DNA from: Antedon mediterranea
Taxonomy: Eukaryota > Animalia > Echinodermata
Direction of reading: 5' to 3'
DNA length: 64,000 bases
Assembly (NCBI RefSeq): GCF_964355755.1
Contig: NC_092678.1
Location: 13,142,352-13,206,351 of the forward strand
In this document: piece by piece, positions 36,785-50,600 of the stretch
Numbering within the stretch: position 1 is the stretch's first letter
How the letters are laid out: each line of letters opens with the position of its first letter
Made by a program: the position numbers and the translations under genes
The notes under the pieces: generated by a model
What the model was told of the DNA's origin: nothing
Databases searched by the model: none
The model's input: only the letters and a program-made list of their open reading frames with translations

Positions 36785-37643
36785 TTTTTAGTCGCGTGGA
36801 AGCGACTCTATAGTTCACTATGTCGGTCGGTCGGTCTGTCGGTCTGTCTGTCGGTCCGGTATCACTATGCGTTTTATCGCTCTCTGACCTTATCTTGATA
36901 TCAGTTTAATCTAGCTAAGTAAATTTTTCACAGTATATTCCTTATGGCCAGGAATCGATGTGGTTATGTTTTCACGGTGCGCAATAAAAAATTACGCGGT
37001 CTACGTACGATTTAACGAAATCACGTTTGTAATCATATCTTCACAACCATGAATCACAATTAAATAAAAGTTGGTACTCATAAATTTCAGGGCATAAATC
37101 ATCATATGGCAATACAATTACCTGCGTAGCGCATGTAACGCATGCGTACGCGCGCTTAAAATTTTCCAAATTTATTTTCGAAGAAATAAGAGTACGTTTC
37201 AGGCAATTTCAAGCGTTTACAAAATTGCCATGAGTCACAAAGCCACAAAGTTACGCGCGCACGTGTATTTAAAATTTTAAAATGCGCAAAATTCATTTTT
37301 AATCAACTTTCTACGCGTTTCTTGTCATTTTGAGCATGTCAAAAATTCCCATACGCGCGCAAATTTGTACGCGCGTGGTGCGCACGTAGCGTTAAATACA
37401 TGCTTTTTTCGCGTGATTTATGTTTTTGCAGCCTTTTCTAATAATTTTACCATCTTTTAAACAATTTCGACTTAAAATTACGTCATACGGGCACGTCGAA
37501 TTGGATAATTTGCGCACGTTTTTGATGGATGGTGGACGCGACTATAGTTCACTATGTCGGTCGGTCTGTCTATCGGTCTGTCTGTCTGTCGGTCCGGTAT
37601 CATTATGCATTGTAGCACGTGACTTAATGGCTGTTGGCCTTGT
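36785..37643 (+). mobile_element. DINE-1/HINE-like element, copy without the nested MITE
   Basis: Colinear with 9038-9762 plus 10608-10794. Confidence 0.75.
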
Positions 37644-39199
37644 TTAGGATCAAACACGTATGGAAACATGCTTCCATAATGCAGTTAGTAATCAGCGCAA
37701 AGTTGTGTCTTGATCTAACTGGGTACCCATTTCTACACCTGGGTGGAGGGAGAGAGGCAAACGTAAGTAAAGTACTTTACCTACGGATACAAGAAATGCG
37801 AACCTCGGTCTCACGATCAGTAGTCTAACGTCCAATACACTGTGTCACACGCCCTCGCCTTATATGATTAGACCTATAAAAGTACGTATGATCTGCACAG
37901 CAAACATATTTAACATATTATAATGTAATGAGTTGTTTAAAATCATTTGGAAGTAAAATTGCACAAGATTCTAAAGTTTTAATGATATAAATGTCATTAT
38001 AAAAAGTTTGAATTTAGAAACGTGACTGAAAGCACTTAACGATTATGATTTTTTTTCTGTAACCTTTCAAACGAAAATCCACAGGCAATCGATATAAATG
38101 AGTCTACGTTCGCAGCGTATGCACCAGCAAACCCGTTTATTTAAAAATGTTGTTTATTATATATAATTATAGAACCCCATAAATTTCAGGGCATAAATCA
38201 TCATATGGCAATACAATTACGCGCGTAGCGCATGTAACGCATGGGTACGCGCGCTTAAAATTTTCAAAATTTATTTTCGATGAAATAAGAGAGTACGTTT
38301 CAGGCAATTTTAGCGTTTACAAAATTGCCATGAATGCGCAGATTTTTGCGCGCGCACTGGGCGTTAAATGTTATTACGCACTCTTCTTGCCCGATTTTTG
38401 TTTTCTTTACTTACTTTTTAACTCGAAATTACGTTATACGAGCACGTCAAAAGTGACAGGCTACGCCGTTGTATATTTAAAAAAAATATAAATGTTTTTA
38501 AACATTTTAACATTTATAAACATGTTCAGCAATTTCGGTCAGTTGGTAGGTTGGTCGGTCGGTTGGTCGGTCTGTCGGTAAACACCAATGAGCACGCGAC
38601 TGTAGCCATCTATATGACCTTGTTGAAGGATCATCCCCTCTCTTAAGCGACAACCTCTTTTAACGATCATTATCCTGTTATTAAATTGTGTGAAAACATC
38701 TTTTAAAGAACCACCACCTATTGTAAGCGTCCATCTCTTATATAAAGGATCACCACACGTACGAAAGGTGGTTGCATACGATGTATAAGTCACACAATAG
38801 TTTAAAGGAAATTGCTAACCGTAATAAATTCAAATTATACACTTATAGTACATGGGCTGGGAGGGGTCCTCTTGTACCCCATCCCCACACATCTCTATAT
38901 TTTTTGTATTTTTATGTACCTATATATCCGGTGAACTAAAAAATAGATGTTAACATCAAATATCCTCATTCCCGAGATGGATTTTTAACGGATTTTTTAA
39001 AAAGATTTAATTTCGTATTTGTTACCAATGTTGGGGGAGGGGGTAATACAAATAGGCATAAGTACAGTTTTCCTTGAACAAATCATTCATTTTTTATATA
39101 AATGTATGAGTATTGTCTGCTCTACAAGTTGATATAAAATATGTGGTAATTAAATAATTAATGACATTACAAAAGGTCACAATTTTTTTTGAAGCCTTT

Positions 39200-40385
39200 T
39201 TTTTGTTACAGTGTTTACACAATGGCTTCTTCAAGCAGGTAAGCATGCTTTGTTGTCTTTGGATCTTCTAAAGCCTATAACACCTAAAATATTGTGTTAT
39301 TTGTTTTAAAAACTAGATAGATATTATAAATAGACTTTATAGATCATGATTATTACAAAAAATAAGTTATATTACTTTAATTTTTTATTTGGTAGGCGTT
39401 TTAAAAAATGGGGATATATATGTCCCTATGGCCCTCTATGTTGTGGAACATGGGTCATATATGTCCCAATGGGTCACCATGCTTGTATTGTGTTATAATT
39501 ATCCAAGTTCATATGTCAATAATTTACAGAATGTTTGATCTTATTATGACTTTAAAATTACTACACCATATTATTCATTTTCAAAAAAGTATTATTTTCT
39601 TATAAAATTATTATTTTTATTGTGTCTAATTTATAATTGTCATTTGTTATTATATTATATATAGCCCTTGTGAATGCTTGGCTTCTATATCGCCGGGAAT
39701 GCAAAGAAGTAGGCGTTGCAAAGAACTCAATTTTGAATCAAAGGAAGTTTCAAGCAATAGTTGCATAAACACTTCAAATAAACACTAAAAAACCAGGCAG
39801 AAAATCAACTCCAGTTGCAGCTAATATTCAACCTGTAAAGCGTCTACAAAAATGCCCACATGCAAATGACGATGTAAGGTTGGATGAGGTTGCCCATTGG
39901 CCACTAAAAGATGAAAAACGCCGTCGTTGTGCTATCTGTAAAGTCAACAAGAAAGATACAACATGTGAACAATGCAAAGTAGCTCTTTGCTTTACAGAGA
40001 AGCGGAATTGCTTTAGAGAATACCACAAAAAATAGACTTTTCATAATTGTATCAAACAATAGAAAAATCACAATTTTTGTTTATTAATGAGAATTTGGAT
40101 GTGTAAAATTGTAAATAGCATAACAAATCTTTTTACTGAAGCTTATGATGTGATTTTCGGATCTTTTTTTGGAAATGTCAATAAATATTTTGCTGTTTAA
40201 AAAAAATGATTTTTTTGTCTATTATAACCCATTGGGACATATATGACCCATTACCCAAAACAGGGTCAAATGTCAAAAGGGCTCAAATTAACATATGGAA
40301 CTGATTCATGTATGTGTAATAAGTAATAAAAACTTGGTAAATATTTTTTATTAACAATAAAATTATTTTTGGGCCTTGATGGGTG
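39200..40385 (+). mobile_element. Internally deleted piggyBac (PGBD3-like) with transposase C-terminal cysteine-rich domain (~39670-40035)
   Basis: WLLYRRECK...DVRLDEVAHWP...RRRCAICK....TTCEQCKVALCFTEKRNCFREYHKK*; perfect 24-bp inverted repeat at 39451-39474 / 40227-40250; outer boundaries approximate. Confidence 0.8.
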
Positions 40386-40692
40386 GGAAACGAAATAATA
40401 TACATATATATTTGTTTAATTATCCGCATCGTTTGTTTAATTAAATGTTATCTTGTATGAATAATACATGTGATTTGTAATGCAATTAATAGAAAAGTGG
40501 CTTACGAATGCCTACGTCTTCATTATTATGTAATACTACATCTTCATATAGGCGGTTTACGATATAGCAACTACACGGAGATATCTTTCTCCGTGTTTAG
40601 TTCAAGTGTATAGTTAGGTTGACGTTCAGAACTATAAGTGTTTGCTGCAATACAATGAATATATAAACTCCATGATTATAATTTCTTTATAG

Positions 40693-40797
40693 GACGGAAA
40701 CACCCCGCTGCATGAATACATGCGTTCAAATAAACCTACTATAGAAGTAGTAAACTATCTCACGAAGCAAGGTGCTACAGTAACAGCACTAAATAAG
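40693..40797 (+). CDS. Ankyrin exon (cluster 2): DGNTPLHEYMRSNKPTIEVVNYLTKQGATVTALNK
   Basis: tag|GAC...AAG|gtaata, 105 nt. Confidence 0.8.
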
Positions 40798-41293
40798 GTA
40801 ATATGGCTAGAGATATTTAATATGATTACAGCTATAACGTACGTATGATCTGCATCGTAAACAAAGCTTATAATCCACTTTATTTTATATCATATTACAA
40901 TTGATTGAGTTATTTAGAATTACTTGCTGCAATAATTTAGTAGTAATTAAACACTATCCTACAGTTATTGTGAAATTCGTATATGTGCAATAAAATTATT
41001 AATGTAACTATGTTTTATGTCATTATTAATGGTTAAATTTAGAACCATGACAGAAAGCAATGTTCACATTAACCTGTATGTATAAACCTCACGATTATGA
41101 TTTATTTTTTCAGTAACATTGCAAAATAATGGAATGCACAGACACTTTATATACTTCGGTCTACGTTCACATCACATATACAAGCAAAACCTTTTATTTC
41201 AACTTCTTTCTGTATCATTTACCATTACCTAACTATAATTATTTGCTGCAATACACTGTATATATAAACTTCATGATTATAATTTCTTTAAAG

Positions 41294-41398
41294 GACGGAA
41301 ACACCCTGCTGCATGAATACATGCGTTCAAATGAACCTACATTAGAAGTAGTAGACTATCTCACGAAGCAAGGTGCATCCATAACAGCACTAAATAAG
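41294..41398 (+). CDS. Ankyrin exon (cluster 2): DGNTLLHEYMRSNEPTLEVVDYLTKQGASITALNK
   Basis: aag|GAC...AAG|gtaata; starts 601 bp after the previous exon. Confidence 0.78.
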
Positions 41399-41897
41399 GT
41401 AATATAGGGCTACAGATAATTTATATGATTACACTTATAACGTACGTATAATATGCGCCGCCAACATATCTTATCCACATTAATTTATATCCTATTACAA
41501 TTGATTGAGGTATTTATAACTACTTGCTGCAAAAAATATTTAGTAGTAATTAAACAAAATCTTACAGTTATTGTGAGATTAGTATATTGAGCAATACAAT
41601 TATTAATTTAACTGTTTTATGTGGACATGTCATTATAAAATAGTTGAATTTAGTATCATGACAGAAAGCAATGTTCACATTAACTTGCATGTATAAACTA
41701 CACGTTTATGATTTCTTTTTTCAGTAAAATTGCAAAATAAGGGAATGCACATACAATTGATATAATTCGGTCTACGTTCACATCATAAATGCCCAAGCAA
41801 AACCTTTTATTTCAATTTCTTTGTGTGTTATTTACCATTACCTAACTAAATTATTTGCTGCAATACACTGTATGTATAAACTTTGTGATAGTAATTT

Positions 41898-41955
41898 AAA
41901 CCTACATTAGAAATATCTCACGAAACAAGGTGCATTAGTAACAGCACTAAATAAG
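41898..41955 (+). pseudogene. Broken ankyrin exon (acceptor and 5' part deleted, plus a small internal deletion)
   Basis: AAACCTACATTAGAAATATCTCACGAAACAAGGTGCATTAGTAACAGCACTAAATAAG|gt inside a third tandem cassette. Confidence 0.8.
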
Positions 41956-42171
41956 GTAATATAGTGCTACAGATAATTTATATGATTACAGCTAGGAAGT
42001 GTAGACGATAGTTCTCGGAATGATAATGACTCGAGTAAAAAGGTTTTAGAAAGACGTTCTCCCTCTACGTTTTTTGTCGGTTACCATTATTGTAAATGAC
42101 ATTCGTAAAACTAAACCTACTCTGTTTCACAGTGTCTTATGATTAATAACATTTTAAAGTATAGTGTTTAT

Positions 42172-44600
42172 GAGTGCGTGTCACCAAAAATCAGACATAT
42201 TCGAATTGGCTCATATTTTGCACATTGGCAGACCTTGATGTAAGTAAACCTGATGTGTAGTTTGTTTGGTAAAATATCGCTTAGTTTTCGAGAAAATCGA
42301 AAAATAACGATTTTCGGCAATTGTGTTAATTTTTGGTGTATAATTTACATTAAGTTTAACAGCCTCTGGAAGCCAAATGTAGCAAGCTAGCGTTATAATA
42401 TTTTACACTTACGTTAACTACCATCTTGACAATAATTTAGTAAAGTTTCAAAAAATGTAATGAAATTCTAATATTTTTACTAATTAATTACTAATTAGCA
42501 TATATACAACTCTTAAAAAATAGGGTAAAAACAAACGCGTTTTTTTTCATGTGCGACGAATTTTTTTTTACTAAAAAGAACGTCAATCTACTGTTTAGAT
42601 ACTAATATTTATTAATCAAGTAAAAACAATTTGGCGAAACTATTTTCCGCTCCGCGCCATAGCCACAAAGTTGTAAGAAATTCAAAGATTTTATCTATCG
42701 GCAAGATCAATCAGATGTACCTATTGTTCTCTATTTACAGATTTAAGGTCAATTTTACTACGAGAAACAAACTTTAAAGGTAAACTGAAAGGTCCTGAAT
42801 AATTTGGAATAACGTTTTAATATAAAAAAACATCTAAAAATAAATTTCTTGTCAAATTTAAACGACTAATCCATGAAATTAAGCAATTACTATCTGAGCT
42901 CAACATTATAACTCACTTAGCTTCATCACCTATTATGTTTTCCACTAGGTGAATTTATTCTTATTATTATTATGATATAATAATAATAATAATATTATTA
43001 TTTTTTGCACTATACGCGCGCATGCGCAGTTTATTTTTATCAACAAAGTGTTCCATTTGACATGCGCGTATACGCGAAAATGTTTGATTTGCGCGAATAA
43101 TTTCGCCTAGTGGAAAACAGGCTATATAACATAATGTTCTTATCTTCTCATATAGGGAGTATTCGCACGAGCACGTTAACGCTATTTTCCAAGCTCCGCC
43201 CACTTTTTAAACAACATTCTGTGCGTGCGCAAGCATTACGAAAAACTTTAGTTACGTGCGTCGAGAACCTTATTTCTGAAAAATAGCGTAAATGAAAACA
43301 TTAACCAAAACATGATTAAACATGCCTGGCTACGCTTAGTCTCTATAAACCCAAGGTATTCCATATTTTAATACGTGTGGCGTATGTTGCGTACGCTACA
43401 CATGCGTTGCGTTCTACACTTCCCGTCGAAGCACGAAATCAAAACGAACAAATACAATAACGCAAATGTTCACTGAACTCTGTTGTTATGCAAATGAGTA
43501 GAATGGTGACATCCGATAACGTTCAAACGCTTTATTAAAAATTTACAGAACGCGACTTTAAATACTAACAATTTAGACAACAGAATCTTCCCACATATTA
43601 AATTCTTATTTAAAAAAAATGTTACAGACATAGTTTTATCTTCATTGCTACCTTAATCAATCGAGCAACTGCACATGGAAACCAGCTTTCCCATCAAATC
43701 AATGTATGGCTTCTTGCGCTTTATGGTTATATCTGTGGTATCAAGTTCAAGTGAAGTACACATTTCTTGCAACATTGGCAAAGAGAATCTGGAGAGTTTT
43801 TCTTGAGCTTTCAGTTCACAAATAGTATGCATTTCAAACATTATTGGATGCTGCAAGCCTAATGTGTCCAGTACGGTTTGCGACAAAAGTTGAATTTCTC
43901 TTTCCTTTTCTGTTTTTGAATCGTCTCCATTTTCTTCGACTTCGTCACCATCTTCATTACTATCGTAATCATCATCTTCGTCATCATCATAATCATGAAC
44001 GGCTGCATCTGTCCTCCTTTTGTTAGCAAAGTGTGAGAAAAAACTTGCAATCTGCTGTGCTGTTAAACATTCAGTCTTGCTAAATAGATGTGAACCATCG
44101 CTGTGCCTGGCCGATCTCATCTCTCGTGAGACATCACATGGATCAGCTTTCGGTCCCGTCTGCTCTCCAGCGTCAAAAACATCAATAAGGTAGGTTTTCT
44201 GTTGTACACAGAAAATCGGGGTTTTTTTGCAGAGGACTTTAACGCCCAGCCCATTTGCAGTTTGGGGCCAATGTCAAACCGTGGCAAATCGTTGGTTCTT
44301 GTTGGTTCTGGATTTTTAGAAGTACACTCTTCTAGTTGTGTTGCGTATAATTTCATTGCCCTGTCATAAAGTATTTCATGTTCTAGTGCGTTCTTTGATA
44401 ATCTAAGTGTTTCTCTAGGAAAGAGTACCTCTGATATGGCCTAATGCAACCTTGTTCACGACAAAAGATCAGTTTGCTGGGGGTGCCAGGGCTTTCTTCA
44501 CTTTCTATTTGTTCGTCGTCATTTATATCAGCTTGTTCTTCATGTCTTGGTTTGTATTCTTGCTTTTACTGCAATAAATGATACTTGATTTATTTTAATC
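42172..44600 (-). mobile_element. Sola3-like DNA transposon remnant (transposase C-terminus ~43653-44530, putative terminus GAGTGCGTG at 42172)
   Basis: Frameshifted minus-strand peptide LIFCREQGCIRPYQRYSFLEKHLD (C2H2-like)...LQMGWALKS...MRSAR..DGSHLF...LTAQQIASFFS; superfamily assigned from recalled similarity only. Confidence 0.55.
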
Positions 44601-44644
44601 AGACGTTGTATCTTGGTTATGAATTAAATTGGGTAGTTTCGAGG

Positions 44645-47600
44645 CACCCGATTCTGCTACTGTCCACAGGTGCTACCTGTAAAACTATAGCTAGTTATAC
44701 ACGTTGTTGTCTGCTATAAATGCTGTAATTTTAACACACGGTACACTGTCTGTAGCACAGTGTCTGTTGACAATTTACAATGATGTACAACCATAGGCAG
44801 GTTTTCGTACTGCCATGCAAGAATGTATAGGCCTAGGTGTTTTCCGCCGCTTTTAGGCCTTCTAGTCAATTATTGTTATTATTATACGAATTACGTAATT
44901 AGTCTAGTAGCTCATCTACCTTTTTAGCAGGGCATAATGAATATTGTAGCTAGGCTAGGCCTACTAGTCTAGCGGGAAATCAACCAATTATTTGGTTGGA
45001 TACGAGTTTAGGGTAGGAAGTTAAGTACGAGTTGGCATGGGTACGAGTCGACCAAGGGTGAATCGACCAGGGTACACCCGGGCGCCCTACTAGAGCATAG
45101 GCTACAGGCCTGCAGGAATGGGAAATCTGTCCTAGTTATAGGCATAGGCCTACATTGGGACGCCCAAAAAAGCCATCCTATGAGCATAAAAAGGCCTCGT
45201 AGAGCCAGACATGTTAACATATACTACACAGTACTAGTACGTCTACCATTTATTATAGTTCCATGGTACTAGGTCTGGTAGGGTAGGGTAGGGTTTCCAG
45301 TAATTTCGGTCGCGTTTTTTCAGGAGGGCATGTGAGTGGTGAGGTAGGTTAGCCCAGCTAGGCTAAACTAACATGTAAGTAGTATTCTACCATGGGATGA
45401 GAATGAGTCGGCATGGGGGTACGGGTTGATCTTTATCCGTATTCTAGGGTGCTGGTCAACCCGTAACGTACCCATGTCAACTCGTACCAAACTTGGCTAA
45501 CTCGTACCCAAATAATTGGTCAACTCGTACCAATAGCTTTATAGCTTTATTGATAGCTGGGTTCAAATCTAGGTTGGGACGGTTTTTTCTCATTCTAAAA
45601 CAGATTTCCTTATAATAATAAAATAATATCGACCTATGAATTTAACTGTAATATTTTATTGTATACATAATATTAGTAGTAGTAGTAATTCCCATTGCAT
45701 TTATTATTATAATATATTTTACGGTTACCCCTTAATTATACTATAGTATAACTTCCTTGTTATATTTTACAATATTTTCTTCATAATTCAACACTTTTTT
45801 TTCACAGCTAATTATCAACTGAATCATCACACACCAAATCTCATGAAATCTCTAGTGTATTTCTCCAAGCTAATCCAGCTACAGTACATGGTATTGCCTT
45901 GAGGCTAAACTACACAGTATACTGGGCACTACCATCATTCCTGGCCCGTCAACCTGGACCACATTATGGTCCAACACAGTCGTGTACCACTGATTCCAAA
46001 TAGTGAATTACATCCTGTGGTCAAGGATTTATTTGCACTTATGCTTATTTTCTCCAACATACAGAGTACGTAAGGCTTTTAATTTGCTTTTATACCTGTT
46101 AATTAAAAAATAGTTTATGCCTATTGTTGCATAAAGATCAAATTTAGACTGTAAATACTGGGATGATCACCCTAAATTTTCTTTTTCATTTAACAATTTT
46201 ATATTTCACAGCCAGAAAAAAGCATACAGAGTTTTTTTTATTCATAACTGTTGAATTGCATCCCAATACATGGTACCTATTGGTATTATATCTATAATAA
46301 TAAAGTACTCTCTTATAAATAGATGTATCTCTCCAAACTACTCCAACTACCTAATCTAATAATAGTACTATTAGCATACTACTGTACACTTTTTAGACAA
46401 GAAATAAGTTGTATCCACCTACAGGACTTATGTTAGTACTGTACAGTCGATCGTCCTCTCACTGGTCTGGTCAACATAATCTACGCCTAGATTATTACAG
46501 TAATTAAAGTACATTATTACAGGGATTTTTTTTTTTTTTTTTCAGAAATCAAAGTTATGTGTATAGAAAGCAGTACTCGTATTTAAAACTAAGCAGGTTG
46601 TACTCTTGAACGCAAACTGGCAGGAAAATTTTTAATATTTTTTGTTGTTGAAATGATGGAATCCTAACTTCAATTCCACGAACTGGAGACGAAGACATAT
46701 TACGACCCTTTTATTTAAATTTATTTGGATAGACCTCCATGTAAATTCGTTAAAGGCTATATGATTGTTTTATATTTTAATATGTGATAGTAGAAAATCA
46801 TTGTGTATAATGAGGACTATGAATCTGATATTTACTTACATTCTCATCTTTTTAAAAGTTTATTTATAATGCTGGTAATGAATTTACTATTGAAAAAGTC
46901 ATGTGTCCACTTATCTCAAATTGTGGCACACCTCTAACCTTGGTAGAACTGACTGTGTTCTATATGAGTACATTTAATTTGCCATATAGTAGTGTTTCCA
47001 CCATACTTCGACCTGGTAATTGAATACATTTCATCGGGGTAAAATTATCACCTTTAACATAAAGTATCCTCCTGAAACATGTATTTGTACTGTACTTCAT
47101 CTACTATTCATTTAATTACTTAATACTAATTTGGGTGATTTATGTCTAACTTCAGGAATGATCTGAGGCTAGAAGAACGAATTTCTGCACATATAATTTA
47201 TATAAAAAATAAACCAATGTTTTCCTAAAAATTTAACCCCTAGGTTGATAACTAACAAAGAAATTATTGAAATTGTGTTCTCACAATATATGTGTACTGT
47301 ATCTACATATGCATACTGCTGTACTTGTTTTTAACCGCATAATGGCATTAAAAAAAAAGAATGTTTTATAATTATTATGTTATTTCCAAATATTAAAGGT
47401 CTGAAAAAGAAACTAAATGTTACCAAACTATGTTTTTGAAAATCTCTATGATTGATATAATTATAATAATATGAACATAATATTAAATTATATTGACTAT
47501 TTTTGATAATCATCATGTCCTTATAAATTCATTTATATTTCTTTTGTGTAATATAGTTCATATATTATGTATTAAATAAATTGGTAAGGCCCTATACTGT

Positions 47601-50600
47601 TTATATTTAAGGAAAGTTTATATACACTATTATTTTATGCCTACCAATATTAGTATTAATTGTTTATGTAACTATTTTGTCTAATTGCATTGATTTTTTG
47701 TATAGGCCAATGGCATTAATGTTTTCTCAAATCAAATTAGCCTAATAATGCCATATTTAGAAACATAATTCATTGATTTCTGATATTCTGTACTTGTGTA
47801 TGCATTACTAAAATAGTAGTTATTTTATTTCATTTATAATGTATGTATAAACTTTTATTCAGTTTTTTAAGTTTAAAAATAATTATTAAAATACCTATCT
47901 ACCTTTCTGTTATTGTTACTATTATAATATTTTTTGAGGCAGATTGATTTCAATAAAAACATTTTAAACAATTAATTTGACTTATACTGTACTATGTTAG
48001 TTCAGGAGATGAAGTGTGTGTTGGGAGAATCTGATGTGTTGGAGGTTGGTGATGTGAGGTGTATTTTTGTCACTTTAAGACCTAAATTAGATGTTTTCTG
48101 AAGAAAAGAAGTAAGTGGATAGGCTTTCAAACAACTCCAAGAAGACTCACACAAAAATAATTCCCAATAAAATAGTATGTAACAGTGTTACACTAAATTG
48201 AATAAACTCGAGCGGAAAAATAACACACATAAAAAATCATTCATTTCCTTGTCGAAAAGCGCCCTCTCTAGTTTTCTATTAATTTATTAATAATTATTAT
48301 TAATTAATGAGTAATATAAACTTATTTTTAACATTTAATGCTGGAAGCTGATACTACTCCTAACTAGGTGTCATACCTCCCAATTTCGTCAACGTATTCA
48401 AAGCACTTCAATAAATATCACATTGAACATTAAAAATTAGGGTTATGGATAGAATTTTGCTTAAAAACATATACAAAAAACATCGATAAAAAATACTTTC
48501 CGAATTTAAAAACATTTGAAACTTCTTTTATATGTTCAATATAGGTTGCTCTATTCACAGAAACAAAATTTCATTCATGAACGTATTTTGTTGGTTGTTT
48601 TTTTCAAAATCGTTATTAGGTTTAAAAAATGCATTGGAATTGTATGGTCTTTCATAAGTGTACATTTTGTAAAAACGTAAATTTAAAAAATCAGTAATAT
48701 GGCTCGATAGTCATTTTTTTTTTTGCAATATGGATGGAGCAACCTATATTGAACATTTATACCAAGTATCAAATGTTTTTGAATACGAAAAATATTTTTA
48801 TCGATGTTTTTTGTATATGTTTTAAGCAAAATTCTATCCATAACCCTAATTTTTAATGTTCAATGTGATATTTATTGAAGTGCTTTGAATACGTTGATGA
48901 AATTTGGAGGTATAAAACTTTGTTTGGAGTAGAATCAGCTTCCAGCATGAAATGTTAAAAATATGTTTATATTACTCATTAATTAATAATAATTATTAAT
49001 AAATTAATAGAAAACTAGAGAGGGCGCTTTTCGACAAGGAAATGAATGTTTTTTTATGTGTGTTATTTTTCCGCTTGAATTCATTCAATGTACTTTAATA
49101 TACACTGTTACATACTATTTTATTGGGAAGCCTATTTGCTTCTTTTCTTCAGAAAACATCTAATTTAGGTCTTCAAGTCACAAAAATACACCTCACATCA
49201 CCAACCTCAAACACACCAGATTCTACCAACACACATTTCATCTCCTGAACTAACATAGTACAGTATAAGTCAAATTAAATGTTTTAAATTTTTTTATTGA
49301 AATCAATCTTCTGCAAAAAAATATTATAATAGTAACAATAACAGAAAGGTTGATAGGTATTTTAATATTTTTTAAACTTAAAAAGGTAAAAAAAAAACTG
49401 AATAAATGTTTATACATACATTATAAATGAAATAAAATAACTACTATTTTAGTAATGCATACACAAGTACAGAATATCAGAAATCAAAGAATTATGTGTC
49501 TAAATATGGCATTATTAGGCTAATTTGCTTTGAGAAAAACATTAATGCCATTGGCCTATACAAAAAATCAATGCAATTAGACAAAATAGTTACATAAACA
49601 ATTAATACTATATTGGTAGGCATAAAATAATAGTGTATATAAACTTTCCTTAAATATAAACAGTATAGGGCCTTACCAATTTATTTAATACATAATATAT
49701 GAACTATATTACACAAAAGAAATATAAATGAATTTATAAGGACATGATGATTATCAATATAATTTAATATTATGTTCATATTATTATATTATATCATAGA
49801 GATTTTCAAAAACATAGTTTGGTAACATTTAGTTTCTGTTTCAGACTTTTAATATTTAGAAATAACCTATAATAATTATAAAACATTCTTGTTTTCAATG
49901 CCATTATGCGGTTAAAAACAAGTACAGCAGCATGCATATGTAGATACAGTACACCTATATATTGTGAGAACATAATTTCAATAATTTCTTTGTTAGTTAT
50001 CAACCTAGGGGTTAAATTATTAGGAAAACATTGGTTTATTTTTTATATGTGTACAGAAATTCGTTCTTCTAGCCTCAGATCATTCCTGAAGTTAGACATA
50101 AATCACATAGATTAGTATTAAGTAATGGATGAAGTACAGTACAAATACATGTTTCAGGAGGATACTTTATGTTAAAGGTGATAATTAGTATAAATGTTAC
50201 CCCAATGAAATTTATTCAATTACCAGGTTGAAGTAGTATGGTGGAAACACTACTATATGTACTCATGTAGAACACAGTCAGTTCTACCAAGGTTAGAGGT
50301 GGGCCGGGTGCCAACATTTGAGATAAGTGGAAACATGACCTTTTCAATAGTAAATTCATTACCAGCATTATAAATTTAATGTTAAAAAGATGAGAATGCA
50401 AGTAAATATTAGATTCATAGTCCTCATTATGCACAATGGTTTTCTACTATCACATTATTAAAATATAAAACAATCATATAGCCTTTAATAAATTTACATG
50501 GAGGTCTATCCAAATAAATTTAAATAAAAGGGTCGTAATATGTCTTTGTCTCCAGTTCGTGGAAAATGAACAAAAAATATTCAAAATATCCTGCCAGTTT

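Noticed and set aside
43653-44356. Host gene with an acidic tract
   Set aside because: Frameshifted, lacks an N-terminus, and resembles a DNA-transposase C-terminus
45805-46075. Possible exon in the palindrome arm (cag|...|gtaag)
   Set aside because: Stops in all three frames and indels between the three copies; no recognisable protein
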